A stretch of 64,000 nucleotides of DNA from Candidatus Micrarchaeaceae archaeon (GCA_027310755.1 DAIDAE010000001.1:23103-87102); one strand, 5' to 3'; shown: positions 27,252 to 36,489, counted from the first letter of the stretch. Translations and numbers: made by a program. Notes: a model not told the origin generated them from the letters alone.

Positions 27252-27259
27252 TATTTAAA
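27252..27259 (+). promoter_or_regulatory. TATA-like box upstream of the thermosome gene
   Basis: TATTTAAA lies about 23 nt upstream of ATG 27278, spacing consistent with a leaderless or short-leader archaeal mRNA. Confidence 0.3.
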
Positions 27260-27277
27260 CAACCAAACGTGAATTCC

Positions 27278-28942
27278 ATGGCAGAAAGTCAATTAGGAGG
27301 GGGACAGCAGGTATTATTGCTTCCGGAGGGAGCCAGCAGGTTATTGGGACGCGATGCTCAAAGGACCAACATAGCGGTCGCATCGGCCGTGGCAAACGCG
27401 ATCAAGACAACCCTCGGGCCAAAAGGCATGGACAAGATGCTCGTAAGCGAGATGGGCGACATAGTCATAACAAACGATGGCGCAACGATTCTCCAAGAGA
27501 TGAATGTCGAGCATCCTATCGCCAAGATATTGGTAGACATAGCGAAAACACAGGACAAGGAGGTAGGGGACGGGACAACAAGCGTGGTAATAATGGCCGG
27601 GGAGCTGCTAAAGGGGGCAAACGACCTGATCGAGCAGGGAATACACCCAACAACGATCGTCCGCGGCTACAAGATGGCAGCGGAAAAGGCATCGGAAATC
27701 CTTTCGGAAAGGGCTAGAATAGTAGATGCGGATGACGATTCTACACTGCAGAAGATCGCAATGGTGTCCATGGGGTCGAAGAACGTCGGTGACGACCAGA
27801 TAAAGGCGCACCTATGCAAGCTTGTGATCAGGGCAATAAAACAGGTGATGGACAAGAGCCATGCAGGAAAGATAGTGATAGACCACGACTTCATAAAAGT
27901 CGAGAAGAAAGTCGGGGGATCTATAGCGGACACCGAGCTTATAAGCGGAGTCCTTCTGGACAAGGAGGTTGCCCATCCTGGCATGCCCACATCCATGGCA
28001 AAGGCTCAAATCGCACTTCTGGATGTCGCCCTCGAGATAGAGAAAACTGAAACGGACGCTAAAATCGAGATAACCTCTCCGGACCAGATGCAGGCATTCC
28101 TGCAGCAGGAGGAGCGCATGCTGAAGGAGATGGTGGAGAAAATAAAGAAAAGCCGCGCAACGGTTGTTGTGACACAGAAGGGGATAGACGATGTTGCACA
28201 GCACTATCTTGCAAAAGCCGGGATAATTGCGGTCAGAAGGGTCAAGAAAAGCGACATGGAGAAGCTTGCAAGGGCAACCGGGGGCAAAGTGATAACAAGC
28301 CTTGAGGACCTGAACGAAAAGGATCTCGGTTATGCGAGCCTTGTTGAGCAAAGGAAGATCAGCGGGGAACAAATGGTCTTCGTTGAAGGGTGCAAGGATC
28401 CGAAGAGCGTAACGATATTCATAAGGGCGGGATCGCAACAGGTCATCGATGAGGTCGAGCGCGCGATAACGGACGTAATCGGCGCAGTTTCAAGCGCCAT
28501 TGAAACCGGAAAATATGTTTTGGGAGGAGGATCCATAGAAATCGATGTGGCAAACGGCGTAAGGGCGTACTCCAGCGATGTAGGCGGAAGGGAGCAGCTC
28601 GCAATACAGAAGTTTGCGGATTCAATGGAGGTGATACCGAAGACGTTGGCAGAGAGCGCTGGGATGGATGCGATTGACACGCTTGTCCAGCTAAGAAGCA
28701 AGCACAAGTCAAAGGAGGGCAGCGTATACGGCGTTGACATCTTCAAAAATTCCCTCGGCGACATGAATAAGCAGGGCGTATTCGAACCGTTGAAGGTCAA
28801 GATCCAGGCGATATCTAGCGCATCCGAAGCGGCGGAGATAATCCTCAGGATAGACGACATGATAAGCGCGAGGAGCAGGCCTATGGCGCCGGGCGGCGGC
28901 ATGGGCGGCCACGGCCATGGCGGAATGCCGGAAATGGAATAA
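27278..28942 (+). CDS. ths: Thermosome subunit (group II chaperonin)
   Basis: [31 protein letters not shown]-terminal [15 protein letters not shown] tail. The track start is GTG 27269; the ATG is at 27278. Confidence 0.95.
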   Translation: MAESQLGGGQQVLLLPEGASRLLGRDAQRTNIAVASAVANAIKTTLGPKGMDKMLVSEMGDIVITNDGATILQEMNVEHPIAKILVDIAKTQDKEVGDGTTSVVIMAGELLKGANDLIEQGIHPTTIVRGYKMAAEKASEILSERARIVDADDDSTLQKIAMVSMGSKNVGDDQIKAHLCKLVIRAIKQVMDKSHAGKIVIDHDFIKVEKKVGGSIADTELISGVLLDKEVAHPGMPTSMAKAQIALLDVALEIEKTETDAKIEITSPDQMQAFLQQEERMLKEMVEKIKKSRATVVVTQKGIDDVAQHYLAKAGIIAVRRVKKSDMEKLARATGGKVITSLEDLNEKDLGYASLVEQRKISGEQMVFVEGCKDPKSVTIFIRAGSQQVIDEVERAITDVIGAVSSAIETGKYVLGGGSIEIDVANGVRAYSSDVGGREQLAIQKFADSMEVIPKTLAESAGMDAIDTLVQLRSKHKSKEGSVYGVDIFKNSLGDMNKQGVFEPLKVKIQAISSASEAAEIILRIDDMISARSRPMAPGGGMGGHGHGGMPEME

Positions 28943-29083
28943 TCCCGACATAATCCCACTGCCTGTCCTTATGCTCTCTGCTGTCTCAGGCCGAGCCCGG
29001 CTGCAGCTGCACAGACCGAAAATATAAATATTTCGGGCGCCGGGTGCGCAAGGTTCTTAAACTTTCTATCTCCTTTAAGTAGC

Positions 29084-29641
29084 ATGGCCAAGAAACTGGT
29101 CATTGTGATGGGTCACAATGGCTCAGGAAAGAATTCCCTCATCGCATCAATGCGGAAGAGCAGCAAGTACCGGGTGGTAAATCTTGGTGAGATCATGCAC
29201 GATCTGGCCGAGAAGAAAAATCTTGTTACCGGTCGGGGCCAGATGAACGATCTTGATGATGACGTGCGTGAGGACCTTAGGAACGATGCCGTACGGCGCG
29301 TTTCGAAGATGGATGGCAATGTTGTCCTTGATACCCATACACTGGCGGAGCAGCACGGCAGGTTCTTGCCGGGCTTGCACAATTATTTGACCGACGCTTT
29401 CAGCCACATATCCGGTTTCCTTTACATAGATGCGGATCCGGAGACCATACTGAAAAGGACAAATAAGGACAAGAAGGAAAAGTTCTCGATATGCATGCAG
29501 AAGGAGATAAACCTCGCAATACTCTCCTACCACGCATCGCAATTAGGCATTCCATTATACATTATCAACAACGACGACGGCAACCTCGAAAAGGCGCAGA
29601 CCCAGCTGTCAAGGCACCTAGAAAACATCTTTACCGCTTAA
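29084..29641 (+). CDS. Archaeal-type adenylate kinase paralog with a degenerate P-loop
   Basis: 185 aa, collinear with the next gene (VVNLGE..., VVLDTH..., GRFLPGL, YIDADPETIL, IPLYIINN). The P-loop is GHNGSGKNS, with Asn where Ser/Thr is expected. Confidence 0.75.
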   Translation: MAKKLVIVMGHNGSGKNSLIASMRKSSKYRVVNLGEIMHDLAEKKNLVTGRGQMNDLDDDVREDLRNDAVRRVSKMDGNVVLDTHTLAEQHGRFLPGLHNYLTDAFSHISGFLYIDADPETILKRTNKDKKEKFSICMQKEINLAILSYHASQLGIPLYIINNDDGNLEKAQTQLSRHLENIFTA

Positions 29642-29654
29642 TCAAACTGATTTT

Positions 29655-30221
29655 ATGGCCGGAAAATTCGTCATAGTCGTAGGCACCAGGGGAGCTGGCA
29701 AGTCCTCTGTGCTGAAAGCCGTGCCGGGAAAATACAAGGTGGTCAACATCGGCGATTTCCTATTCGATATCGCAAAAAAGGAGGGACTGGCAAAGGACCG
29801 CGATGCGATGAGGGGCATCAGCAATGCAGCATACAACAGGCTGAAGTCGAAAGCCTACAAGAAGATAACATCCATGAACGGGAACATCGTGCTGGACACG
29901 CATGCAACAATACAGCACAAGGGCCGATTCATACCCGGCCTTCCAAAGTACTTCATAGACAGACTCGATATCGCCGGGTTATTCCTCATCGATGCCGATA
30001 TCGATACGCTGCTGCTCAGGGCGGAAAAGGATAGCTCCAGGGTGCGCGAGAAGGAGCCAAGGCAGGTGCTTTCTGATAATAGGAATGTGAACCTCGCAAC
30101 ATTCGCCTACTATTCGGCATATTTAAATATCCCAATATATATAATCAATAACGCGGAAGGGAAGCTGCAGGCTTCAAGGAAAAAGTTCCTGGCGCACCTC
30201 GAAGATGCGTTTCAAAAGTAA
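29655..30221 (+). CDS. adkA: Adenylate kinase, archaeal type
   Basis: P-loop GTRGAGKSS, DRDAMR, VLDTHATIQHKGRFIPGLP, LIDADIDTLLLR, IPIYIINN. This is the AdkA family pattern. Confidence 0.8.
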   Translation: MAGKFVIVVGTRGAGKSSVLKAVPGKYKVVNIGDFLFDIAKKEGLAKDRDAMRGISNAAYNRLKSKAYKKITSMNGNIVLDTHATIQHKGRFIPGLPKYFIDRLDIAGLFLIDADIDTLLLRAEKDSSRVREKEPRQVLSDNRNVNLATFAYYSAYLNIPIYIINNAEGKLQASRKKFLAHLEDAFQK

Positions 30222-30243
30222 ATAATTAAATCAGGAAGGGGAA

Positions 30244-30783
30244 GTGATAATGTTCGACTTTTTTGTTCTAACGCTAATAATGCCGCCCAATGTAGCCATA
30301 GCGGCGGTCATGATCGGCATAGCCTACGCCGCCTTTTCGTTTAAGGTGCAAAGGAGGCTCACAAACCCGCAGAAGACCAAGGACATACAGTCCAGGATCC
30401 AGAGGCTCACGAAGGAGATGAACGAGATGGCAAAGAGGAAGGAGGACATAACCGCAAAACAGGCCGAACTCATGCCGCTTTTCAGGGAAAGCATGCAGCT
30501 TCAAATGAAAAGCATGTTTGTAATACTCCCAATTTTCTTCATAGTGTACTACGGATTGATACCGCTGGCTTTTGGCACGTTCAATAGCGCTACCATAAGC
30601 ATCTTCGCCATACCATTCACCTACGGCACCCTCTTTATAGGGTCTGCGGTCATAGCCGCATTGATGATGAATGTGGCAATAATGCTTGTGGATAGGCTAA
30701 AGGCTAAGAGGGCCAAGCAGGCGCAAGCCGCCCCCCAGCTGGAAGGCCCGAACGGCGGCACGGATACAAATAATGCTAAATAG
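30244..30783 (+). CDS. DUF106 (EMC3/TMCO1/archaeal Oxa1-like) membrane protein
   Basis: A TM segment, then a basic coiled helix (KTKDIQSRIQRLTKEMNEMAKRKEDITAKQAELM), then two TM segments. It sits in the conserved position between adk and cmk/L34e in archaeal gene clusters. Confidence 0.7.
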   Translation: MIMFDFFVLTLIMPPNVAIAAVMIGIAYAAFSFKVQRRLTNPQKTKDIQSRIQRLTKEMNEMAKRKEDITAKQAELMPLFRESMQLQMKSMFVILPIFFIVYYGLIPLAFGTFNSATISIFAIPFTYGTLFIGSAVIAALMMNVAIMLVDRLKAKRAKQAQAAPQLEGPNGGTDTNNAK

Positions 30784-30815
30784 CTTATGCAATAAAACTT
30801 CTCAACGGTAATTTT

Positions 30816-31133
30816 ATGCCAAAACCAATGCACAGGTCTACCAGTTTCAAGGAGATTCACAGGATCACGAAAGGGAAGAGGCACGTAGTCCATTACAGGC
30901 GTGGGGCTGATTCGCAACCGCACTGCGCCATATGCAGGACAGAGCTGCACGGGATAAGCACCAGCGGTGGAAAGTCCAGAAGGACAAACAACAGGCTCTT
31001 CGGCGGAGTACTCTGTGCAAACTGCACGGCAGAAGTGGTCAAGCTCGGCAGCCGGGTGGAACAGGGAGACATGAAGCTCACCGATATAGGAATAAGACAA
31101 AGATCGTATGTGCTGCAACTAGTAGCCCATTAA
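30816..31133 (+). CDS. rpl34e: 50S ribosomal protein L34e
   Basis: MPKPMHRSTSFKE...HCAICRTELHG...RLFGGVLCANC is the L34e pattern. Confidence 0.85.
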   Translation: MPKPMHRSTSFKEIHRITKGKRHVVHYRRGADSQPHCAICRTELHGISTSGGKSRRTNNRLFGGVLCANCTAEVVKLGSRVEQGDMKLTDIGIRQRSYVLQLVAH

Positions 31134-31142
31134 GGCATATCA

Positions 31143-31703
31143 ATGAAGGCCATAATAATATGCGGCATGCCGGCCGCGGGAAAGACCACAGTCGCGCTCA
31201 TATTAAGCAAGCATCTCGGGATGCCGACGATAGGTGGCGGCGAGATACTTAGGGAGATGGCAAAGGAGCGCGGATACACCCCCACGGGAGATGATTGGTG
31301 GGATACCCAGGATGGGATAAAGTTCCTGAGGGAGCGTAAAACCAACCCTAATTTTGACAGGGAGGCCGATAGAATAATGTTGGATAAAATAAGCAGAGGG
31401 GACATAATAGTAACAAGCTACACCGCACCGTGGATAACGGACGATGGCATAAAGGTGTGGTTATCCGCAAGCGAGGAGGCGCGGGCCGAAAGGATGTCTG
31501 GCAGAGACCACATAGCCCTTCCGGAAAGCATGAAATCACTGCACATACGCGACAGGGAGAACACGGAGATCTATGAGAAGCTGTACAAAATAAAATTCGG
31601 TAAGGATAAAAAGCCATTCCACATAATAATTGATACGACAAAAATGACTCCGGAGCAGATAGCGGATGAAATCCAGAGAAAAATAAAAGAATTGAATTTG
31701 TAA
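31143..31703 (+). CDS. cmk: Cytidylate kinase, archaeal type
   Basis: P-loop CGMPAAGKTT, GGEILREMA, VWLSASEEARAERM. Conserved neighbourhood with L34e and L14e. Confidence 0.85.
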   Translation: MKAIIICGMPAAGKTTVALILSKHLGMPTIGGGEILREMAKERGYTPTGDDWWDTQDGIKFLRERKTNPNFDREADRIMLDKISRGDIIVTSYTAPWITDDGIKVWLSASEEARAERMSGRDHIALPESMKSLHIRDRENTEIYEKLYKIKFGKDKKPFHIIIDTTKMTPEQIADEIQRKIKELNL

Positions 31704-31713
31704 AGGTGAAAAA

Positions 31714-31992
31714 ATGTTATTGGAAGTAGGGAGACTGTGCGTAAAGAAATACGGAAGGGACGCTGGAGACAGGGCTGTGATAACCGCCGTAGAGAAGGAC
31801 GGCACAGTAAAAATAATGACGGCTTCAAGGCCAAAGGAAAGAAAATGCAATTCTTCTCATCTTGAATTCCTCAATGAAGTGGTTGACATGAAGGACAGAG
31901 AGCATGTGCTCAAGACACTTGGGGTGAAAGAGAAAAAAAGTTACCCCAAGGAGGATGCGAAGTCGGCAAAGACGGAAAGGAAAAAGGCCTAG
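31714..31992 (+). CDS. rpl14e: 50S ribosomal protein L14e
   Basis: KOW-type EVGRLCVKKYGRDAGDRAVI and the expected length (92 aa). Confidence 0.85.
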   Translation: MLLEVGRLCVKKYGRDAGDRAVITAVEKDGTVKIMTASRPKERKCNSSHLEFLNEVVDMKDREHVLKTLGVKEKKSYPKEDAKSAKTERKKA

Positions 31993-32003
31993 AACGTGAA
32001 ACC

Positions 32004-32785
32004 ATGGAAGCCGAGATCGGCATAATAGGCGGAACCGGATTATACTCGCTATTGGAAAAATCCGAGGAGATGGAGCAAAAGACAAAATACGGAAAGCCGA
32101 GCAGTCCTATAACGATAGGCAGGATAAAAAACAGAAAAGTTGCATTTATTTCAAGACACGGCAAGCAGCATACGATTCCGCCGCACTTGGTCCCTTACAG
32201 GGCCAACATAGAAGCCCTCTCCAAGCTTGGCGTAAAAAAAATCATAGGGACAAATGCCTGCGGTTCCCTAAAGCCCGAGTACACTCCCGGAGATATAGTA
32301 TTCTTCGACCAGTATGTCAACATGACACACGGAAGACCTGATACATTTTTTGAGGGGCCGAAAGTTGTGCACCTCAGCGCCCCAGAGCCATATTGCAGGT
32401 CCCTCAGGAAGTCCTTTGTAGGCAAGGCGACGGATTTCGCATTGCGGTATCATGTCAACGGCACTGTTGTGGTTATAAACGGGCCAAGATTCTCAACAAG
32501 GGCCGAGTCCAGGTTTTTGCAAATCAGGGCTTTGATGCAATAAACATGACACAGTATCCCGAAGTGACCCTGGCAAGGGAAAAGGGGATGTGCTATCTCG
32601 GCATCGGGATAATAACGGATTACGATTCCGGTTTTGAAGGCAGGGACGACATAAAACCAGTTACCAATTCAGAAGTGCTGAAAATATTCGAGAAGAATGT
32701 CAAGACAGTGAAGGATCTGATACATGCTTCGGTGCCAGAGCTGGAAAAAGGGCAAAAGACATGCGGCTGCGGCAAATTAGCCTGA
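32004..32785 (+). pseudogene. mtnP: S-methyl-5'-thioadenosine phosphorylase (MTAP) interrupted by a -1 frame change near 32511-32518
   Basis: Frame A: MEAEIGIIGGTGLY...FISRHG...INGPRFSTRAESR, then a stop 10 codons later. Frame B continues VFANQGFDAINMTQYPEVTLAREKGMCYLGIGIITDYD. The two are joined by re-reading one G at AGG|GTT TTT. Confidence 0.8.
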
Positions 32786-34003
32786 CCCCTTTTCACCGAA
32801 CTCCTCCAGCATCTCCAATGCGGATTTTAACGTCTTCTCCCTGTTTTGATCAGAGCTCAGTATTTCAAATAAACGCCGAGCATCAAAGCCACTGTCGAGC
32901 TTGCCATCCTTGAGCTTCGATACAAAAGTCGTCATCCCAAGCTCCTTTATCGTCATCCCCCCTGTCTCGCCCTCCTGCAGCCCCTTTATGCCGTCCCCCC
33001 AATTAGCACTTTTCAATTTCGAAGAGTCTATCTCAACAATGGCCTTTTGTGAATATTTTGAGACTATGGACCTGAGCGGCATATCGATGCTGGTAAATCC
33101 GCTTGCGATGCTGCCCTGGAGTTTTATCCTGATTATCGGCCTGTCTTTGTGCCTGGCAATGACCTTCTCAATCTCATCCTCGCAATGCTTCGTCACGAGC
33201 TTTGGGCTCGCGTCGTCTATCTTGATATCTATGACTATAAATTTCCTTGAGTTTATTGGCCTGAATTCGTGCGTATATTTCTTTGTGTCAAATAGGATTA
33301 ATCCCTTCGGATCCTGCTCACCATCCTTCAATTGTGTCAACACGGTGCTTCCTGGTATAAGAAACTTCTTTCCATGCACCATGGCCTCAATCCTATTGTG
33401 TATATGGCCGTTTATGTAAAGATCAAAGCCCTTTGGTAGGTCTGCATATTTGATTATGTCTTCACCGAACGGCAGGAGTTCATAAACCGATTGGTGCATC
33501 ATGAAGACATTGAAGGCCCCGTCCATGGGTTTGGGGTCGAGCCTCTGCAACACTTCCCTCACCCTCTCCTCCGAAACCCCTCCAAGCCCAAAAACCGCCA
33601 CTTTCTCGCCATCCAATTCGATAACAACCTGCGATTCGCTAGCATCCACTATTAATCCCGCAAGGGCAAGCAGCTTCAGGACATTGTCCTTGCCCTCCGC
33701 AACCCTTTCGTGGGTTCCAGGTATTGCTATCACTGGTATATCGGTATAGCTCTTGCTCCCGGCACTGCTGTTAAACTGGGTTATCCTCGCCCGCCATTTT
33801 TTCTTTGAAATATCCCTAAAAATATTTATGGCCTGTGCAATCACATCCGGCTTCGGAGAACGCTTGTCAAACACGTCGCCTGGTACGAGTATCGCATCCG
33901 CTTCCTCTGCCGCTGCGATGAGCGCCTCGCACGCCTGTTTGTATGCATCCTCCTCAAAGCGCTCATAGCCGATGTGCAAGTCAGAAACAATGGCCAGCTT
34001 CAT
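32777..34003 (-). CDS. mre11: Mre11/SbcD-type DNA repair nuclease (calcineurin-like phosphoesterase)
   Basis: Motifs I-V: SDLHIG, GDVFD, IPGTHE, MHQS, NGHIHN. About 408 aa, like archaeal Mre11. The start MKLAIVSDLH is at 34003; the track start is 34024. Confidence 0.75.
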   Translation of the reverse strand: MKLAIVSDLHIGYERFEEDAYKQACEALIAAAEEADAILVPGDVFDKRSPKPDVIAQAINIFRDISKKKWRARITQFNSSAGSKSYTDIPVIAIPGTHERVAEGKDNVLKLLALAGLIVDASESQVVIELDGEKVAVFGLGGVSEERVREVLQRLDPKPMDGAFNVFMMHQSVYELLPFGEDIIKYADLPKGFDLYINGHIHNRIEAMVHGKKFLIPGSTVLTQLKDGEQDPKGLILFDTKKYTHEFRPINSRKFIVIDIKIDDASPKLVTKHCEDEIEKVIARHKDRPIIRIKLQGSIASGFTSIDMPLRSIVSKYSQKAIVEIDSSKLKSANWGDGIKGLQEGETGGMTIKELGMTTFVSKLKDGKLDSGFDARRLFEILSSDQNREKTLKSALEMLEEFGEKGSG

Positions 34004-34033
34004 ATGCACCGCTTCGCAATGCAAATATTTGAA

Positions 34034-35065
34034 TCATCCTGTTGCATTCTCGATCCCCGCCCTCTTTAAAATTTCGGATATAAACATGCCTTCTATCTCC
34101 TGCGGTTTTGCCGAGCCCAGTGGTCCATATGCTCCGGCTGCGCACGGATGTCCGCCCCCATTGCCGTTCAGCCGTGCCGCGATTGATTTCATTATGACAC
34201 CCAGATGTATGCCCAATTTATTATCAAGCGGGGGGCGCAGCCGCGCCGAAAACGACAGCTCCCTGTCATTTTCTGCATAAAAGAAACCGACGTCAGCGCC
34301 TATCTTTATCGCATAGTCCGCCGCAATGTTGGCATGTGAATGCGCTCTCCCGTGCATTATCAGCATATCGCCGTAAAGATCGACCCTGGCTCCGATGATG
34401 TCATTTAGGGTCTTGGCCCTTCCCTGGACATCGGCAACATGCACCATTTGGTCGAGAAACGTTGGATAATCCATCCCGACCGCGCCGAGCAGCTCGCCTA
34501 TTTGCATGAAGGTCTTTGACCCCGCGTTTTTCAGGTCAGCAGAATCAGAAATTATGCCACTCAGGATAATTTTCGATGTGGTCTCGCTTATTCTTGCGCC
34601 CAAGGCCACCAGTAATTCGTACACTATGCTGCACGCCGAATTATAATTTTCATCATTGAAAATAGAGACACGCTCCCTCCCAATCTCCTTTTGCATGTGG
34701 TGGTCTATTATGAGTATGTCGCCCTTGAATCCCTCCAGCCTATATTTAAACGGCCCGCAATCCTCAAAATTGTTCACGTCCGTCATTATCACCAGATCAG
34801 CGCTCTCATCAAATTTGTTTGTTATCGTCTCTGGTTCAAAACCGAGCTTTTTGAGTATCCTTCCCGCGTTCGTGGTTATAAAATCCGGGGTTGCTACGCT
34901 GGCGTTTGTGAAATAATCAAGGAGCGAGACCGCGGACGATACCGCATCCGTGTCCCCCACCGAATGGAATGTTATCAGGACTCTTTTGTCCTTATTTTCT
35001 TTCGCTATGAATTCGAGTGCATCAAAACTTAGTTTTTCCATCACATCATTATTGCGTTTTTTCAT
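34034..35065 (-). CDS. DHH/DHHA1 family phosphoesterase (NrnA/RecJ-like)
   Basis: HSVGDTDAVSSA (motif I), MTDVN, IIDHH (DHH), DHHA1 GGGHPCAAG. Confidence 0.8.
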   Translation of the reverse strand: MKKRNNDVMEKLSFDALEFIAKENKDKRVLITFHSVGDTDAVSSAVSLLDYFTNASVATPDFITTNAGRILKKLGFEPETITNKFDESADLVIMTDVNNFEDCGPFKYRLEGFKGDILIIDHHMQKEIGRERVSIFNDENYNSACSIVYELLVALGARISETTSKIILSGIISDSADLKNAGSKTFMQIGELLGAVGMDYPTFLDQMVHVADVQGRAKTLNDIIGARVDLYGDMLIMHGRAHSHANIAADYAIKIGADVGFFYAENDRELSFSARLRPPLDNKLGIHLGVIMKSIAARLNGNGGGHPCAAGAYGPLGSAKPQEIEGMFISEILKRAGIENATG

Positions 35066-35390
35066 TCTTCAGCGCGGTTGTGATCTCCTCTCGCATCGAC
35101 TTTTCTTTCTTTGAGAATTCATCGTATTGCCTGTTTATTATCGTGAGCCTCATCTCTATTGATTCCTGGCGCTCCTTTGTCTTTGCTACCGCATCCGCCC
35201 TGGTGGTTTCAACTATCACCCCTCCCACGCTTATATAGACCTTCCCGGTTGCCTTTTCCAGTTCTGCAAGCGCAACCTTGTGCTCCTCCTTTTGCATGGT
35301 GAATTGCTCTTTCTGCAATGCGAGCGCCTGCATCTGTTCCTGTATTATCTGGTAATCCCTAGTGAGCTTCTCGAGCTCCTGCCTTTCCAT
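35049..35390 (-). CDS. pfdB: Prefoldin beta subunit
   Basis: 113 aa: coiled coil, central beta hairpin (VYISVGGVIVETT), coiled coil. Confidence 0.85.
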   Translation of the reverse strand: MERQELEKLTRDYQIIQEQMQALALQKEQFTMQKEEHKVALAELEKATGKVYISVGGVIVETTRADAVAKTKERQESIEMRLTIINRQYDEFSKKEKSMREEITTALKNEKTQ

Positions 35391-35433
35391 TGTATCACGC
35401 TATGGTATTTGGAATAATATACTTTAAACCTTT

Positions 35434-35448
35434 CCAGCGCTCGTAAAT
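35434..35448. repeat. Left copy of the 15-bp direct repeat (target-site duplication) flanking the IS
   Basis: CCAGCGCTCGTAAAT, identical to 36437..36451, immediately outside the inverted repeats. Confidence 0.75.
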
Positions 35449-36436
35449 TGTATTATCCCGAAATAAGGTCCTCTCAGTAAAACAGATAATCGCCCTCAGA
35501 GAGAAACAAATCATGAGGACACTTAATCTGCGAAAGATTCGATGGGTCGTGAGAGAGATGCGTAAGAAGGAATTATCGACGTATGAAATTGCAAGACAAC
35601 AGAAAATCACACCGAGACACGCAAGAAGATTGTATCAAAAATATGGCAATATTCAACCATACAAATTGAACAGAAGTGTATGTCTACAACGTTGCGGCAG
35701 GAGATCAGAACGACCCTCAGAGGAAGAAATAAGAGCAGTATTAGATGTCAAGAGGGAAATGGGATTTGGTGCATGTAATATCGAAAAGGCGCTGTCAGAA
35801 AGAGGGATTAGAATACCACATAACAGGATTCATAGAATCCTGTTGGAGAATGGACTTGCAAACAATGAACCAAAGAAAGGTAAGAGAAGGAAATGGATCA
35901 GGTACGAAAGAAGGCACAGCAACTCTATGTGGCATGCGGATTGGACACATTACAAAGGAGGCAATATTCTGTTTTATGAAGACGATAGTTCCAGGTTGAT
36001 TACCGGATATGTCTTGTCTAAAAATGCGACGACAGACATAACAATATCAACATTTGATGCCGCGATAGAAAAATGAGGAAAACCAAGAGAGGTTCTCACT
36101 GACAGAGGTACGCAATTCTGTGTAGATGAAACCGAGAAATATAGATTCCGGGAACATCTGAAATCTTTGGGGATAAAACATATTCTCGCAAGAGTAAAAC
36201 ATCCGCAAACAAACGGAAAAGTAGAACGACTGAATCATACGATATTTCAGTTGATAAAATTGAAGGGATCTTTGGATGCAGCAGTAAAATTTTACAACGA
36301 GGAAAGGCCACATATGAGTCTGGAAAATGGTCATCTTAGAACGCCGTTGCGGGCATTTCATGAGAAAAAACGAAATAATTAAGAGGTGAAATGATGAAAC
36401 TAAATTACCGAGAGGACATTAATTCAGGACAATACA
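35449..36436 (+). mobile_element. IS481-like insertion sequence (988 bp)
   Basis: Imperfect terminal inverted repeats, 29 of 37 positions matching: left TGTATTATCCCGAAATAAGGTCCTCTCAGTAAAACAG versus reverse-complemented right TGTATTGTCCTGAATTAATGTCCTCTCGGTAATTTAG. Single DDE (rve) transposase gene and a 15-bp flanking direct repeat. TGT ends and a 4-15 bp DR match the IS481 family as I recall it. Confidence 0.75.
35513..36382 (+). pseudogene. DDE (rve-type) transposase with one in-frame TGA at 36074-36076
   Basis: N-terminal HTH region, WHADWTH (D1), then ...AAIEK-TGA-GKPREVLTDRGTQF (D2), then HPQTNGKVERLN (E). The 187-aa and 71-aa track ORFs are in the same frame. Confidence 0.75.
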
Positions 36437-36451
36437 CCAGCGCTCGTAAAT
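36437..36451. repeat. Right copy of the 15-bp direct repeat
   Basis: CCAGCGCTCGTAAAT, identical to 35434..35448. Confidence 0.75.
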
Positions 36452-36454
36452 GGC

Positions 36455-36466
36455 AAAATATAAATA
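36455..36466 (+). promoter_or_regulatory. TATA-like box of glnA
   Basis: AAAATATAAATA is centred about 28 nt upstream of ATG 36490, implying a near-leaderless glnA mRNA. It lies outside the IS, just beyond the right direct repeat. Confidence 0.35.
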
Positions 36467-36489
36467 CTAGAAATGAGTGTTCGTTCTAC

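Noticed and set aside
28330-28959. 209-aa ORF antisense to the thermosome 3' half
   Set aside because: The thermosome frame is unambiguous. The antisense ORF has no start context or motifs.
36391-36489. N-terminal extension of glnA given by the ORF track (MMKLNYREDINSGQYTSARKWQ...)
   Set aside because: This stretch is made of the right inverted repeat of the IS, the target duplication and the glnA TATA box. Conserved GS sequence only begins after ATG 36490.
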